A stretch of DNA of 64,000 bases, taken from positions 1 to 64,000 of the forward strand of contig CAWEHK010000049.1 in assembly GCA_963808625.1 (NCBI GenBank), given 5' to 3'. This DNA comes from an uncultured delta proteobacterium. GTDB lineage: Bacteria; Desulfobacterota; Syntrophobacteria; Syntrophobacterales; Syntrophobacteraceae. The notes under the pieces are model-generated. The model did no database searches, was not told the DNA's origin, and saw only the letters and a program-made list of their open reading frames with translations. Below are positions 53,056-64,000 of the stretch, piece after piece. The number at the start of each line of letters is the position of its first letter. Within the stretch, counting starts at the first letter, position 1. The translations under genes were made by a program, and so were the position numbers.

Positions 53056-56000
53056 ATGGGTAAGACACTGGTCGTTCTTGGTCTGCCGATTTTGCTCTTG
53101 TTGAGTGGGGCAACCGGCTTGTTTGCGTATGATGAGTGCGTGGCGCCGCCCTTTATTGCCGCCGATGCGCCACCGCTGGTCATGATGGTTCTGGAACGAG
53201 ACCACAAGCTCTACTATGAAGCCTACAACGATGCCACGGACCTGGATGAAGACGGCAAACTGGATATCGGATACAAGGACAGCATCAATTACTTCGGCTA
53301 TTTCGATTCCGACAAGTGCTATACGTATGACAACACCGGCCAGGCCAAATTTGTTCCGAGCCGCTTTGCGCCAAACGCCTACGGCGCTTCTCCCGACCAT
53401 TACTGTGGCGGGGCCAATGAGTGGAGCGGCAATTTCCTCAACTGGCTTTCCATGGCCCGCATCGATGTGATCAAGAGAACGCTTTATGGCGGACATCGAA
53501 GCACGGACTCGGCCTCGGAAACGGTGCTGGAAGGGGCCTACATACCCCAGGACGCCCACAGCTGGGGCAAGGAATATGCCGGCTCCGACACCCGCCAGCT
53601 CACCCCCTTCGACCCCCCGACCTCACCCACCTTGAGGCACCTCTTTTGTGTAACGAGTGATAGTGCCGGTGATGCCCACAAAATCAAGGTGGCGCTCAAC
53701 GAAACGTATCGCAAATGGGATTGGGCTTCCTGTGAGAACCCCGTTTGAATGGGGCCCGGCTATAGCGGCAAGGCTGTCGCTTCACGGAACGATATCAGTA
53801 CTTATTACGTTAAGAGTTAAGGCCTGCGCACGCTCTCCGGAGCTGGATACGACCTTCTGCAAACTCTACCCCGGCGGCGGCACAACCTACAAGCCCATCG
53901 GCCTTCTCCAGAAATATGCTGAAGGAAGCGGCTCCAAAGATTTGCTCGAAAAGCTGGTCCACCTGCAACACGGACTCCGACTGCGCGGACGGGCCAGGGT
54001 CTTTGCGTCGAGAACTCCGGCATGTATCTGGGGCTGCTGACGGGCTCATACACCAATAATACCAAGGGGGGAGTGCTTCGCAAGAACATCTGGTCCATTC
54101 TTGATGAAGTCAATTATTCATCGGGTTCATTTCAGAGTTCGGAAAATGTTAAGGGAAACATCATTCTCTCCATGGATCGGATGAAGACCATCGGTTTCAG
54201 ATATTCAGATCACAGCTACCAGGATTCCGTCGGAGGCACCTGCGGCTGGATTACCAGCCATGCGTCTGAACAATGGCGAGTGCCGGATGTGGGGCAATCC
54301 AATCGGGGAGATGATGTATGAGGCGCTGAGGTATCTTGCGGGAAAAGCTTCGCCGACCAGCACCTTCACTTACGCGGATATCAGCAGACTCGACGGTGAA
54401 CCTTACGAAACCCGCATGGGGAATCAACAAGGGCAGCAGCACTTATCAACCTTATGACATCTTCCCCTCGTGCGCCCGGCCCTTCCTGCTCGTGATCAGT
54501 GACGTCAAGGTCAACTATGATTCGGATCAGCTCCCCGGCAGCTCGTTTGCCACTTTCACGGGCGATCTGCCAAACCTCAATGTCACCACCCTGGCAAATA
54601 CCATTGGGACCGAAGAAGCCGTCGCAGGGTATAAGTTCATCGGGCAGAACGGCACAACCTATGATTTTACGTGTACCGCGAAAGAACATTGCCAATCTCG
54701 GTAACATCAGGGGATTATGCCCGGAAGAACCGACCAAGCAGGGAAGCTTCTATTCGGCTGCGGTGGCTTATTATGGCAAGACCATGTTTAAGGACAACAC
54801 CGGCAAGCCGGACGTGACGACCATGGCTGTCGCCCTTGCCTCTCCCGTTCCCGATATCAACATAAAAGTGGGGAGCAGCAATGTGCGGATTGTTCCCGTG
54901 GGAAAGTCTGTCAGCGGCTGCTATAGTGTTGAATCCAACTGCTTCGATCAGTGCTCCGGCTCATATCGCGATCTCAGCGGACTTCATTTGGTCAATTGCA
55001 CTTCGAGCGCCTACTGTCCGTCCAATCAAATCGTTGATTTCTATGCGGAAGATGTCCAATATGATGATGCAAATAATCTCGTTTATGCCCGCTTTCGGAT
55101 CAACTTCGAGGACGTGGAACAGGGTGCGGACCATGACATGGATTCCATCGTCCAGTACACCATTGTGCCGAGCGGCACCGATCAGGTAACGGTGAGCATC
55201 GATGCTTCCGTCTATGGCGTAGGATGCATCGATCAGGTATTGGGTCTTGTCATCTCGGGGACCACTGAGGATGGAGCCTATTTTGTCGTGAAAGACAAGG
55301 ATGTGACTGGTCCTGATTCGGACACCCCAGCGGCCGTTGCGGGCCTCCCGTTTTCATGGAACAAGACCTTCACGGTCACTGGAAGCACTGCCGGAGTGCT
55401 TCCAGATCCTCTCTGGTATGCGGCCAAGTGGGGTGGATTTACCGACACGGACGGCAGCGGGAAGCCGGATCGCCCCAGAAAGTGGGACCGGGACAATAAC
55501 GGCGTACCCGATAACTACTTCTACGTGGCCAATCCCCTGCAGTTGTATGCCCAAATGGAGCAGGCTTTCGTTGCCATTCTCAGCCGGGGAGGGAGCGCGG
55601 GCGCGGTGGCCACGGTCACCCAGCAGGTGCAGGGTCAGGACATGCTGGTGAGGGGCGCCTTCACGTCTTATGAAGATGATCCTCAGACCTTTGTGTGGAA
55701 GGGACACCTGGAAACCTACTGGCCGTATGAAGGGTGTGTCGACTTCAGGACTGAGGCTGATTGTAAGAAATACGTCGGTTGCACATGGCAGGATTCCACC
55801 TGTTCGGGGTTGATCTATGCTTTCCAAAGGCCGGAGCACCTCGATAAATTCTGTTACCAGCATCACGATCACTGCTGGGAAGCGGAAGAACACCTGCCCG
55901 ATCCGGCCAGCCGCAACATTTTTACCTGGCATCAATGGTCAGAAAGACAACATTTAACGCCACCAACCTATGTGCAACCGATCTGCTCGCTTTGGATGGC

Positions 56001-58218
56001 GATGCGCTTTACGACAACACGAGGGACAACAACTGTACTGCCATGGTTGACTGGATTCGCGGCCAGGATGGTTGGCTCAAGGCGCGGGACCGCGATGGGT
56101 GGACCCTCGGCGATATCGTCTACTCCACGCCGGTCGTGATCGAACAACCGTCGCTGGCGGCTGTGCCGGTCGGGGCAGCGGTTCGTGTGGCACTTCCTGT
56201 ACTGCTGGCTGCGACTGTAGTGACTCGAACAATTACCTGCCGTAAGCAATGCTTTCTCTGTTACCGCGAATGTCAGAAGACCCGCAAGAAGGTGATCGCG
56301 GTGGGCGGTAACGACGGGATGGTGCATGCCTTTGTTTCGAGCAAGTGGGACAATGTCAACCAAATCTGGCTCACTCACTCTTCCGATCAGAATGATAGCC
56401 TCTCCGATCCCGACATCGGGAAGGAACTCTGGGCGTTCGTGCCCAGCAACATTTTGACAAAACTCAAGGAATTGGCCCGTCCCAGCTACGGTACGGAAGG
56501 AGGCTGTGTGCATCGGTTCACCGTCGACCTCTCGCCGCAGGCCTGGGAGGTTTATCATTGACCCGGACGGCGCCGGCAGTGAACCCAGACAGTGGCGCAC
56601 GGTCCTGATTGGCGGTGAGCGGGGGGGAGGGGATACCTTCTTTGCTCTCGATGTGACGGACGTGGACAATCCGACAAGTCCTCTGGGAATTTCCCGCTTT
56701 CAGGAACATGGTCCAGGTGGCGGGCAGACTCATCCCCGTACACGGTGGAAACCCCTTACCGGGAGAAGACCGTCTATGATAAAGTCAAAGCCCTGCCGGC
56801 TTCCTGGGCCGTTCCTTATGTCGGGAAACTCAAGCTGCCGACGGGAGTCTCCTTCCTTGCGGCTCCGCCGGTTTCGCCCCTGGCTGCCGGAAACCCGACG
56901 CTTTCTCCGAGTGCTCTTGACAGTCCGGCCTCAGCGGTTGGGTAATGCCGTCATACCCTACACGCTACCCGTGGCCATCATTCCCACAGCCCCCAGGATT
57001 TGTTACGCTGACTTGCCGTCGACGTTGACGAACGCCCAGAAGCTTGCCACCCTCCAGCCAAACCTGCTGATGATTGATGTCGAGAAGGGAATCAATATCT
57101 TCCAGTATCTCTGGCCGCTGGTTCTTGCGACTCAGGCAACAACTCAGTGGCCGGATAAAATGAACAGCACCAAGCACATCCCCTATGCTCCAGGCAGCGC
57201 CGTCGTTTTGGACCTCTGGAAGGCCAATGGCAAAGTCGGCATGGATGGCTATCTGGACCATATTTACTTTGGTGATCTCAACGGCAAATTCTATGGGCTC
57301 AAATTCAACATGGAGGATATCAACAAAGGAATGGAGATTGATTTCTGGCAGACAAAGAGCATCCCTTCAGATGATCTTTCGACCGACATTTTGCGATCCG
57401 ACCATGAACCCATCTCCATTGTGCCTGCCGCCGCCCTTGACCGGGACAATCGCCTGCACCTCTATTTCGGCACCGGAAAGTACGATACGATTAAAGGTGC
57501 CAACAACGACAAGACGGAAACCTCCACCATGTCTCTTTATATGGTGGAGGATGAACAGCACGAGGCCGACGATCGATGCCACGGCGACGGTCTCGGGGAC
57601 AGGCCCAATCAGCGTCTCCAGTGCCGCCGCTGGATTCACATGGAACGGTTTTGGCGTGGATGTCAACACCTCCCAATGCAGCTACGTTGCGGGCTTCAAC
57701 TCAACCTGCACCTGGGTCAAAACGGATGGCACCGAGGATTGCTGCGAAAGCTCAAACCCCTCCTGTACGACTCCCTGCTGGGACTGCATCTACAGCCTCA
57801 ATGCCGATGGCGAGCGGGTTGTTGACTCTGCCCTCGTTGCCGGCGGACTGGTCTTTTTCACCACCTTTGTGCCAAGCAACGATCCCTGCACGGCAGGGGG
57901 ATACGCATACCTTTATGTGCTTGAATATCTCTGCCGGGATCTTGGCAACAAGGATCCCCTTGCGCAATCGGGATTCAGCAAGCAGACAAGTTTCGACTTT
58001 CAGACCCTCAGTGCCAAAGCAATATGGGATGGTGCAGAGCGGCACCAAGAACCGTCGGTGTGGTTGCAAAGCTTGGCGTGGGTATGCCGAGCCGGCCCGT
58101 ATTGGATTCTTCAAGCCTCTATATATTTGTGCAGACAAGTGTCGCAGAGATTCACAGGATCAAGGTCGATCTGCTTGAGAAACCTGTTTACATGATGGGA
58201 TGGAAAGAAGACGAGTAA
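53056..58218 (+). CDS. pilY1: PilY1/PilC type IV pilus tip adhesin; several frameshifts
   Basis: DHKLYYEAYND, WSGNFLNW, WGNPIGEMMYE, QGADHDMD, PLWYAAKWGGF, LGDIVYSTP, GGNDGMVHAF, GKELWAFVP, YFGDLNG, YFGTG and C-terminal WKE. Confidence 0.92.
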
Positions 58219-58271
58219 ACCAGGCAAAAGCCCCGCCGCACTGATTTTGGGTGATCTCTTTCCGAACCCCA

Positions 58272-58607
58272 TCAAAGGGCCGTGAGAGATTCTTCCAGGG
58301 TGGCGTGGATGGGAAAGAACGAGACGAAACCGGAAAGTTCAAAGATCTCCCTGATGTAGTCCTTGAGGGAACAGAAAGACAGACGACCATTGATCCGCTT
58401 CAGTTCCTTTGCGGCTTTTAAAAGGACGCGGAGGCCGGCGCTCGAGATATAATCGAGTTCCTTGAAATCGAGCACCAGTCGGGTTTCCCCTGTCTGGATC
58501 AGGCCCAGCAGCTTCTTTTCGAAATCATCCGAGGTATTGGAATCCAGGCGGCCTTTGAGGCCGAGAATGATAATGCCATCCTGTTGGGTTTGTGTGACCT
58601 CCATCAA
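58272..58607 (-). CDS. STAS-domain anti-sigma factor antagonist
   Basis: GRLDS, LDYISSAGLRVLL and IFELSGF. Confidence 0.93.
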   Translation of the reverse strand: MMEVTQTQQDGIIILGLKGRLDSNTSDDFEKKLLGLIQTGETRLVLDFKELDYISSAGLRVLLKAAKELKRINGRLSFCSLKDYIREIFELSGFVSFFPIHATLEESLTAL

Positions 58608-58818
58608 CTTCTTCTCCTCCAGCCAAATGCCCTAAACCTTTAGATCATAAAGGTCTTCACTCAGACGAGCAGCAAGCCCGACACAGCATATAAAAAGCTT
58701 GTTCATTCGTCAATAAACATATAAAAAAGTACGAAAAAGTTCACAGCGACCCGCAGGTTATGGAAGGCGGCAAAGGATCGCTGGTCCCAGGCAGGCCCCT
58801 TCGCAACGTGGAATCAGA

Positions 58819-61341
58819 GTGAGGTTTCAGATGATAACCAAACGTCCCCTTATCTACTGGGTTAAGGCCAGCAGTATCAAATTGCAGGTGCTCCTCCTCG
58901 TCGTGATTGCCGTGAATATTGCCGCAAGAGTATTTCCCCTGCAGATGCAAAGAAAAATTGTCAACGAAGCCATCGGTCTCAAGAAACTCAACCTGTTGTT
59001 TCTATATTGCGGCCTCTATCTCGCAGCGGTGCTTCTCGCCAGCGCCCTCAAGTTTGTCATCAATGCGATCCAGACTTATCTCGGGCAAGAGACTCTTGCG
59101 CGATTACGAAAAGAGCTTTACGCTCATATCCTCACCCTGCCCCTGAGCTTCTTTCGCAAAGCCTCTTCGGGCATGGTCGTTTCGTCTCTGGTCACCGAGG
59201 TCGTCTCTGCGGGCGAACTGGTGGGGCAGGCAATTGCCGTGCCGGTCAACAACATCCTGACGCTGCTCGCTTTTGCCGGGTACATGTTCTATTTGAACCC
59301 CCTCCTGGCGGCCATTAGCCTCGGGATCTATCCCATCGTCATCATGGTGGTGCCAAGGCTTCAAAAGCGCTCCAATCGCGCCAACAAGATGCGCGTGGAT
59401 GTGACGCGCGACCTGAGCAGCAAGATCAGCGAGACCATTTCAGGCATCCATGAGGTGCAGGGAAATGCCAGTTACCGCATCGAAAACCGAAAATACGGGG
59501 GGTTTGTCGACCGCCTGTTCGAGATCCGCATGGTCTGGAACCTCTACAAGCAAGGGATCAAGGTGGTGAATAACCTCTTTCAAAATCTTGGCCCCTTCAT
59601 CCTCTTCATTGTCGGCGGTTATCTTGCCATCAACGGCCGTTTCGATCTGGGGGCTCTGGTTGCGTTCCTTTCCGCCTATGAGAAGCTTTACGATCCTTGG
59701 AAAGAGTTGATGGACTTTTATCAGGTCTATCAGGATGCCACGACGGGATACGGGCGGCTCATGGAGTACTTCGATGTCGAACCCGAGCATGCCATCGAGC
59801 CGCCGCCGGATCGCGAACCTTATCAATTTCAAGGGCGGATCCACGCCCAGGACCTCTCGTTCAGCGTCGCCGGCGGGATTCAGTTGCTCAAACAGGTCAA
59901 CCTCGACTTGAAACCCGGAGAGCAACTGGCGTTGGTGGGGTTTTCCGGAAGTGGCAAGAGCACCCTTGCCCAATGCATCTCCCAACTTTACAGCTACACC
60001 GGCGGCAGTGTGCTGATCGATGGGATGGAGGTAGCGGAGCTGACAAAAAGGGACCTGGCCGAGAACATGGGGATCGTGGCCCAGTCTCCCTATATTTTTG
60101 ATGGCACCATCAAGGAAAACCTCTGCTATTCCTGTGAGGCCCTGCTGGAGGGTGAGGAGGCCGAGAAGAAGCATAGACTGCCCACGCTCGATGAGATGAT
60201 CGAGGCGATCCAGCAGGTGGGACTTTTTGTTGACGTCCTGCGGTTCGGGCTGAACACGGTGCTGGCGGTAAACCAGGAAGATGAACTGGTGACGAAAATC
60301 ATCCGCGTCCGGGAAAACTTTCAGACTCACTTCGGGGAGGAACTTGCCGACTATGTCGAATTTTTCGACGAACAGCGCTATCTGGAGTTTTCCACGGTGG
60401 CCGCAAACCTTACTTTCGGCAATCCAAATCATGAGGAATTCACCCAGGAACGACTCGCTGAGAGTCCGTATTTCCTGCAGTTTCTGGATGAGGCGCAGCT
60501 CAGAAGGCCCCTGATCAATCTGGGCCGCGAGTTAGCCGGCCAGTTCCTGGACATTCTGGGAGACCTGCCGCCGGATGAGGTCTTCTTCAAGGAAAGCCCC
60601 TTCTCTCCCCATGAACTCGATGACTACAAAGCGCTCATCCGTCGGATCGAGCACTCGCGGCTTCACGAACTGGCTCTTGAAGACGAGCGCCTGTTGCTTC
60701 GCCTGGCGCTCCGGTTCGTTCCGGGAACTCACAAAATGGCCACCCTCTCGGGGGACCTGCGCCAGCTGGTCCTCGAAGGTCGCTTCCTTTTTATGGAAAA
60801 AATCCAGCAGGACCACCCCGGCGCCTTAAGCTCTTACCGCATGCCGGAATACATTCACTCTCAGACCATCCTGGACAACATTCTTTTCGGGAAGTCCACC
60901 AGCGACCATCCCAACGCCCAGGAACGCATCAGCCAGAGCATCATCCATCTCCTCATCGAAGAAGACCTGCTGGAGCGGATTGTCGAAATCGGCATGGACT
61001 TCCGGGTCGGGACGAAAGGCGACCGGCTCTCGGGCGGGCAGCGCCAGAAGCTTGCCATTGCGCGGGTCTTTCTCAAGAACCCGCCTATTCTGATCATGGA
61101 TGAAGCCACCTCCGCCCTGGATAATGCCTCCCAGAAGCGCATCCAGACGTTGCTCGAAACCAAATGGAAAGGCCGGAGCACACTCATTTCGGTGGTGCAC
61201 CGTCTCGATACCATCAAGGGCTATGATAAGGTCGCCGTGATGAAAGCCGGCAAAATTCTGGAAATGGGCTCTTACCAGGAACTATTAGCTGAGAAGGGGG
61301 TGCTCTATGAACTTGTCCATGGGGCCAAAGCAGCCGCTTAG
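58819..61341 (+). CDS. ABC exporter-type transporter (TMD + NBD) with a large insertion inside the NBD
   Basis: N-terminal TM helices; GFSGSGKST; LSGGQRQKLAIAR, ILIMDEATSALD and VVHRL. Confidence 0.92.
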   Translation: MRFQMITKRPLIYWVKASSIKLQVLLLVVIAVNIAARVFPLQMQRKIVNEAIGLKKLNLLFLYCGLYLAAVLLASALKFVINAIQTYLGQETLARLRKELYAHILTLPLSFFRKASSGMVVSSLVTEVVSAGELVGQAIAVPVNNILTLLAFAGYMFYLNPLLAAISLGIYPIVIMVVPRLQKRSNRANKMRVDVTRDLSSKISETISGIHEVQGNASYRIENRKYGGFVDRLFEIRMVWNLYKQGIKVVNNLFQNLGPFILFIVGGYLAINGRFDLGALVAFLSAYEKLYDPWKELMDFYQVYQDATTGYGRLMEYFDVEPEHAIEPPPDREPYQFQGRIHAQDLSFSVAGGIQLLKQVNLDLKPGEQLALVGFSGSGKSTLAQCISQLYSYTGGSVLIDGMEVAELTKRDLAENMGIVAQSPYIFDGTIKENLCYSCEALLEGEEAEKKHRLPTLDEMIEAIQQVGLFVDVLRFGLNTVLAVNQEDELVTKIIRVRENFQTHFGEELADYVEFFDEQRYLEFSTVAANLTFGNPNHEEFTQERLAESPYFLQFLDEAQLRRPLINLGRELAGQFLDILGDLPPDEVFFKESPFSPHELDDYKALIRRIEHSRLHELALEDERLLLRLALRFVPGTHKMATLSGDLRQLVLEGRFLFMEKIQQDHPGALSSYRMPEYIHSQTILDNILFGKSTSDHPNAQERISQSIIHLLIEEDLLERIVEIGMDFRVGTKGDRLSGGQRQKLAIARVFLKNPPILIMDEATSALDNASQKRIQTLLETKWKGRSTLISVVHRLDTIKGYDKVAVMKAGKILEMGSYQELLAEKGVLYELVHGAKAAA

Positions 61342-61825
61342 TGAATACCGGGCCAACCTCGAGACCCTGATGCAACTCCCGCTGTTCGCGGGACTCCCGC
61401 TCGAACCGCTGAAGGTCCTTGCCTACCTGTGCCGGCGGGAGACCTTCAAGCCAGGCGAGATCCTGTTCCATGAACACGAAGTAGACGCCAATGCTTACTA
61501 CATTCTCGAAGGGACCGCCGGGTTGCTCTCGGAAAGAAATGGGGGATCGGAATACACCGAATTTGGAGAGCGTGAATTCATTGGCGGCATGTCACTCTTT
61601 TGCGACATCAAACGTTTGTTTACCCTCAGGGCGAAGACCCGGGTGGTTTGCCTGACCCTGTCGCGGGACAAGTTTCAAAAGATCGTGGAGCGTTTCCCGG
61701 AGATCACCGACAAAATGGTGAAAGCGATTATACTGGGCGTACATGCATGGGAAGAGAGGTTCCTGAGGGAGCATGCGCGGGCTTGTGACGGCTGCCGTAA
61801 GTGGGTCGGCGTCAGCCTGGTCTGA
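61307..61825 (+). CDS. Stand-alone cyclic-nucleotide-binding domain protein
   Basis: LPLFAGL, FKPGEILFHE, AYYILEG and FIGGMSLF...R. Confidence 0.82.
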   Translation: MNLSMGPKQPLSEYRANLETLMQLPLFAGLPLEPLKVLAYLCRRETFKPGEILFHEHEVDANAYYILEGTAGLLSERNGGSEYTEFGEREFIGGMSLFCDIKRLFTLRAKTRVVCLTLSRDKFQKIVERFPEITDKMVKAIILGVHAWEERFLREHARACDGCRKWVGVSLV

Positions 61826-61847
61826 AACTCCTCATGGTTGAGAGAAA

Positions 61848-62327
61848 ATGAAAGGGTTGCAGCTTTTGATGGAAACCTTGCGCTTGCCTGCCAGGATGGA
61901 ATCGCTGGAAATTTTTCGCCTGTTTGTGCTCGGGAAGCTGCGGCAGTTCAACCTGTCCCAGGAACTGGTGTTCAAGGTCGAACTGGTCCTGGAGGAGGTG
62001 CTGACGAACGTCATCCATTATGCTTATCCGGAAGAGGCAGGAGAGGTGGAAGTGGGATGCGCCATAGAAGGTCATGACAAATTTTGCTTCTGCGTGACCG
62101 ATTGGGGCATTCCCTTTAACCCCCTTGAACGCCCGGACCCCGAACTTTGTGAGGATCTCACGGAGCGCCACGTGGGAGGCCTGGGCATCTACCTGGTCCG
62201 CCATCTCGCCGACCAACTCCGCTATCGCCGGCAGGAGGGTGGAAACCTGCTGACGTTCTGCTTCGATCTTCAGCCTATTTCGCCCCAAGGGCCTTGGAAA
62301 CCAACTCGGCAATATCACGAGAAGTGA
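61848..62327 (+). CDS. RsbW/SpoIIAB-like anti-sigma serine kinase (HATPase_c_2)
   Basis: LEEVLTNVIHYAY, DWGIPFNP and GGLGIYLV. Confidence 0.9.
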   Translation: MKGLQLLMETLRLPARMESLEIFRLFVLGKLRQFNLSQELVFKVELVLEEVLTNVIHYAYPEEAGEVEVGCAIEGHDKFCFCVTDWGIPFNPLERPDPELCEDLTERHVGGLGIYLVRHLADQLRYRRQEGGNLLTFCFDLQPISPQGPWKPTRQYHEK

Positions 62328-64000
62328 AGGGCTTCATCACAAAGGCGCTCACTCCAAGCTCCCTGGCCTTCTCCTCGTTGATCGTTTCGCTGTAGCCGGA
62401 GCAGAGCACCACGGGAATGTCCGGTCGCATGCTCATGATTTTGCGGGCAAGTTCGGCACCGGTCATCGACGGCATCGTGTAGTCCGTAAACACCAGGTCA
62501 AACCAATCAGGCTGTGCGCGGAACACCGCCAGTGCTTCGCGTCCGCTGGTCATGGAAATTACCTCATATCCAAGGTGACTCAGCATTTGTTTCCCCAAAT
62601 CCGCCAGCGTCTCCTCGTCATCGACAAACAGGATACGCCCTGAGCCTCGTGGCATTGCCTCGAGCACCTCTTCCCTGTCCTGAACGTTCACTGCGTGCCT
62701 GGGAAGGTAAACCGTGAACGTACTCCCCACCCCCGGCTTACTGCTGACGTTGATGACGCCGCCATGGCTCTTCACGATGCCGTGCACCACGGCGAGTCCC
62801 ATTCCCGTACCCCGTCCCTGGCCTTTAGTTGTAAAAAAGGGATCAAAAATCCGTTCCATGATGGCAGGCTGAATCCCCCCCCCCGTATCGCTGACGGTCA
62901 GTTGTATGCAGGGGGTGTCACTTAGCTTATCGTAGATGCTCAGTGCTTCTATCTCGGGATCTATGTCGGTCAGGCTTACCTCCATCACGCCACCCTTACC
63001 CTGCATCGCATAAGCGGCATTGGCGCACAGGTTCATCAGCACCTGGTGAATTTGGGTCGGGTCCGCGAGGACTAAACCATCCGATGCCAGCCGGACATGC
63101 TGACGAATCTCAATCGTTTTGGGGATAGACGCCCGGAGGAGTTTCAACGCCTCTTTTACGACCGGAGCGATTCGCACCGGCCGATGCTCTTTTTCTCTTT
63201 CATGAGTAAAGATCAGGATTTGTTTGATCAATTCCTTTGCCCGATGCGCCGCTTTGAGAATCCGTACAAGGTTCCGCTCCGTCGTGCTTCCGTGGGCCAC
63301 CTTCGTCAGGGTCATCTCGGCATACCCAATGATTGCTGCCAGAATATTGTTGAAGTCATGAGCGATACCGCCGGCCAGAGTGCCAATCGCCTCCATCTTC
63401 TGGGTCTGCCGCAGGTGGGCCTCGAGATTGTGGTGGTCGGTCATGTCCTGATAGGTGAGCAGATGTTTGCCGTCATCCATGACTACGGACCGAATATGGA
63501 TGATTTTTGACTTGCCGTCCTTGCAGCAGACCGTGACCGTTCGATCTTTTACCGTCCCCGGCGCGGAGCTCTCAAGGATTTCCTTCTCCCAGAAGGAGAT
63601 AACTTCGGCTCGGTAGGCGGGATCGGGGTAGGCTTTCCCAAACCACTGCCGTTGCCCCGGGAAATCATCCATTGTATAGCCCAGGATCTCGGTGAAAGCC
63701 GGGTTGAGGTATTCGAAGCTCAGGTCGCTGTTCATCAGTGAAATCCCGATGGGGGCCTTTTCAGCAAGCATCCGGAAGCGCTTTTCACTCTCACGAAGAG
63801 CTTCCTGGGCCAACCTTCGCTCGGTGACATCGCTTAGGGTCCCGATCACCCCGGTTACCTTTCCCGACTCGTCACGGCAGCGAAAAGAATGGTCCCGGAG
63901 CCACCTCGATTCTCCGGACCGCGTACTAATCAGGAAGTCTGCCTGGTGTCGCCCGGTTTTCCCCGCAACCCGATCCTGCATCAGGACTTCCACGGAGACG
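62275..64000 (-). CDS. PAS-domain hybrid histidine kinase / receiver; 5' end outside the window
   Basis: PAS/PAC, GGIAHDFNNIL, QVLMNL, DTGGG, PFFTTK..GTGMGL, ILFVDDE, TDYTMP and KP. Confidence 0.95.
   Translation of the reverse strand, partial: VSVEVLMQDRVAGKTGRHQADFLISTRSGESRWLRDHSFRCRDESGKVTGVIGTLSDVTERRLAQEALRESEKRFRMLAEKAPIGISLMNSDLSFEYLNPAFTEILGYTMDDFPGQRQWFGKAYPDPAYRAEVISFWEKEILESSAPGTVKDRTVTVCCKDGKSKIIHIRSVVMDDGKHLLTYQDMTDHHNLEAHLRQTQKMEAIGTLAGGIAHDFNNILAAIIGYAEMTLTKVAHGSTTERNLVRILKAAHRAKELIKQILIFTHEREKEHRPVRIAPVVKEALKLLRASIPKTIEIRQHVRLASDGLVLADPTQIHQVLMNLCANAAYAMQGKGGVMEVSLTDIDPEIEALSIYDKLSDTPCIQLTVSDTGGGIQPAIMERIFDPFFTTKGQGRGTGMGLAVVHGIVKSHGGVINVSSKPGVGSTFTVYLPRHAVNVQDREEVLEAMPRGSGRILFVDDEETLADLGKQMLSHLGYEVISMTSGREALAVFRAQPDWFDLVFTDYTMPSMTGAELARKIMSMRPDIPVVLCSGYSETINEEKARELGVSAFVMKPFTSRDIAELVSKALGAK

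Overview
GC-rich bacterial DNA. Gene content and the repeat landscape suggest an anaerobic Desulfobacterota (deltaproteobacterial) genome; this is inference. Many otherwise intact genes are split by single-base frameshifts, most likely sequencing or assembly errors, so split ORFs are merged below. Left to right: (1) A four-gene restriction-like anti-phage operon (DUF499 ATPase, DUF3780, DUF1156 methyltransferase, PLD-SNF2 helicase) with two inserts, a REP-associated transposase with its REPs and a DUF4062-ATPase-HTH gene. (2) A decayed, internally deleted group II intron with a MITE in domain V, directly ahead of an AT-rich gene encoding tandem ACT-like domains fused to a TIR domain. (3) AtuA/DUF4387, sirtuin, FAH, hemolysin III and an AmmeMemoRadiSam B-A fusion. 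(4) A roughly 1700-aa domain-permuted PEP-utilising phosphotransferase, followed by a full-length MaeB-like protein whose catalytic and metal-binding residues are substituted. (5) An extended arsenic-resistance/thiol-redox cluster with divergent trxB. (6) modE, tupA and a GEGP diheme protein. (7) Two tRNA-Ser genes. (8) A type IV minor pilin/PilY1 cluster. (9) A STAS / ABC transporter / cNMP-binding / RsbW-like module and a truncated hybrid sensor kinase. Intergenic space is crowded with several MITE and REP families, some nested. The best candidates for undescribed biology are the ACT-TIR protein and the permuted phosphotransferase plus pseudo-malic-enzyme pair.
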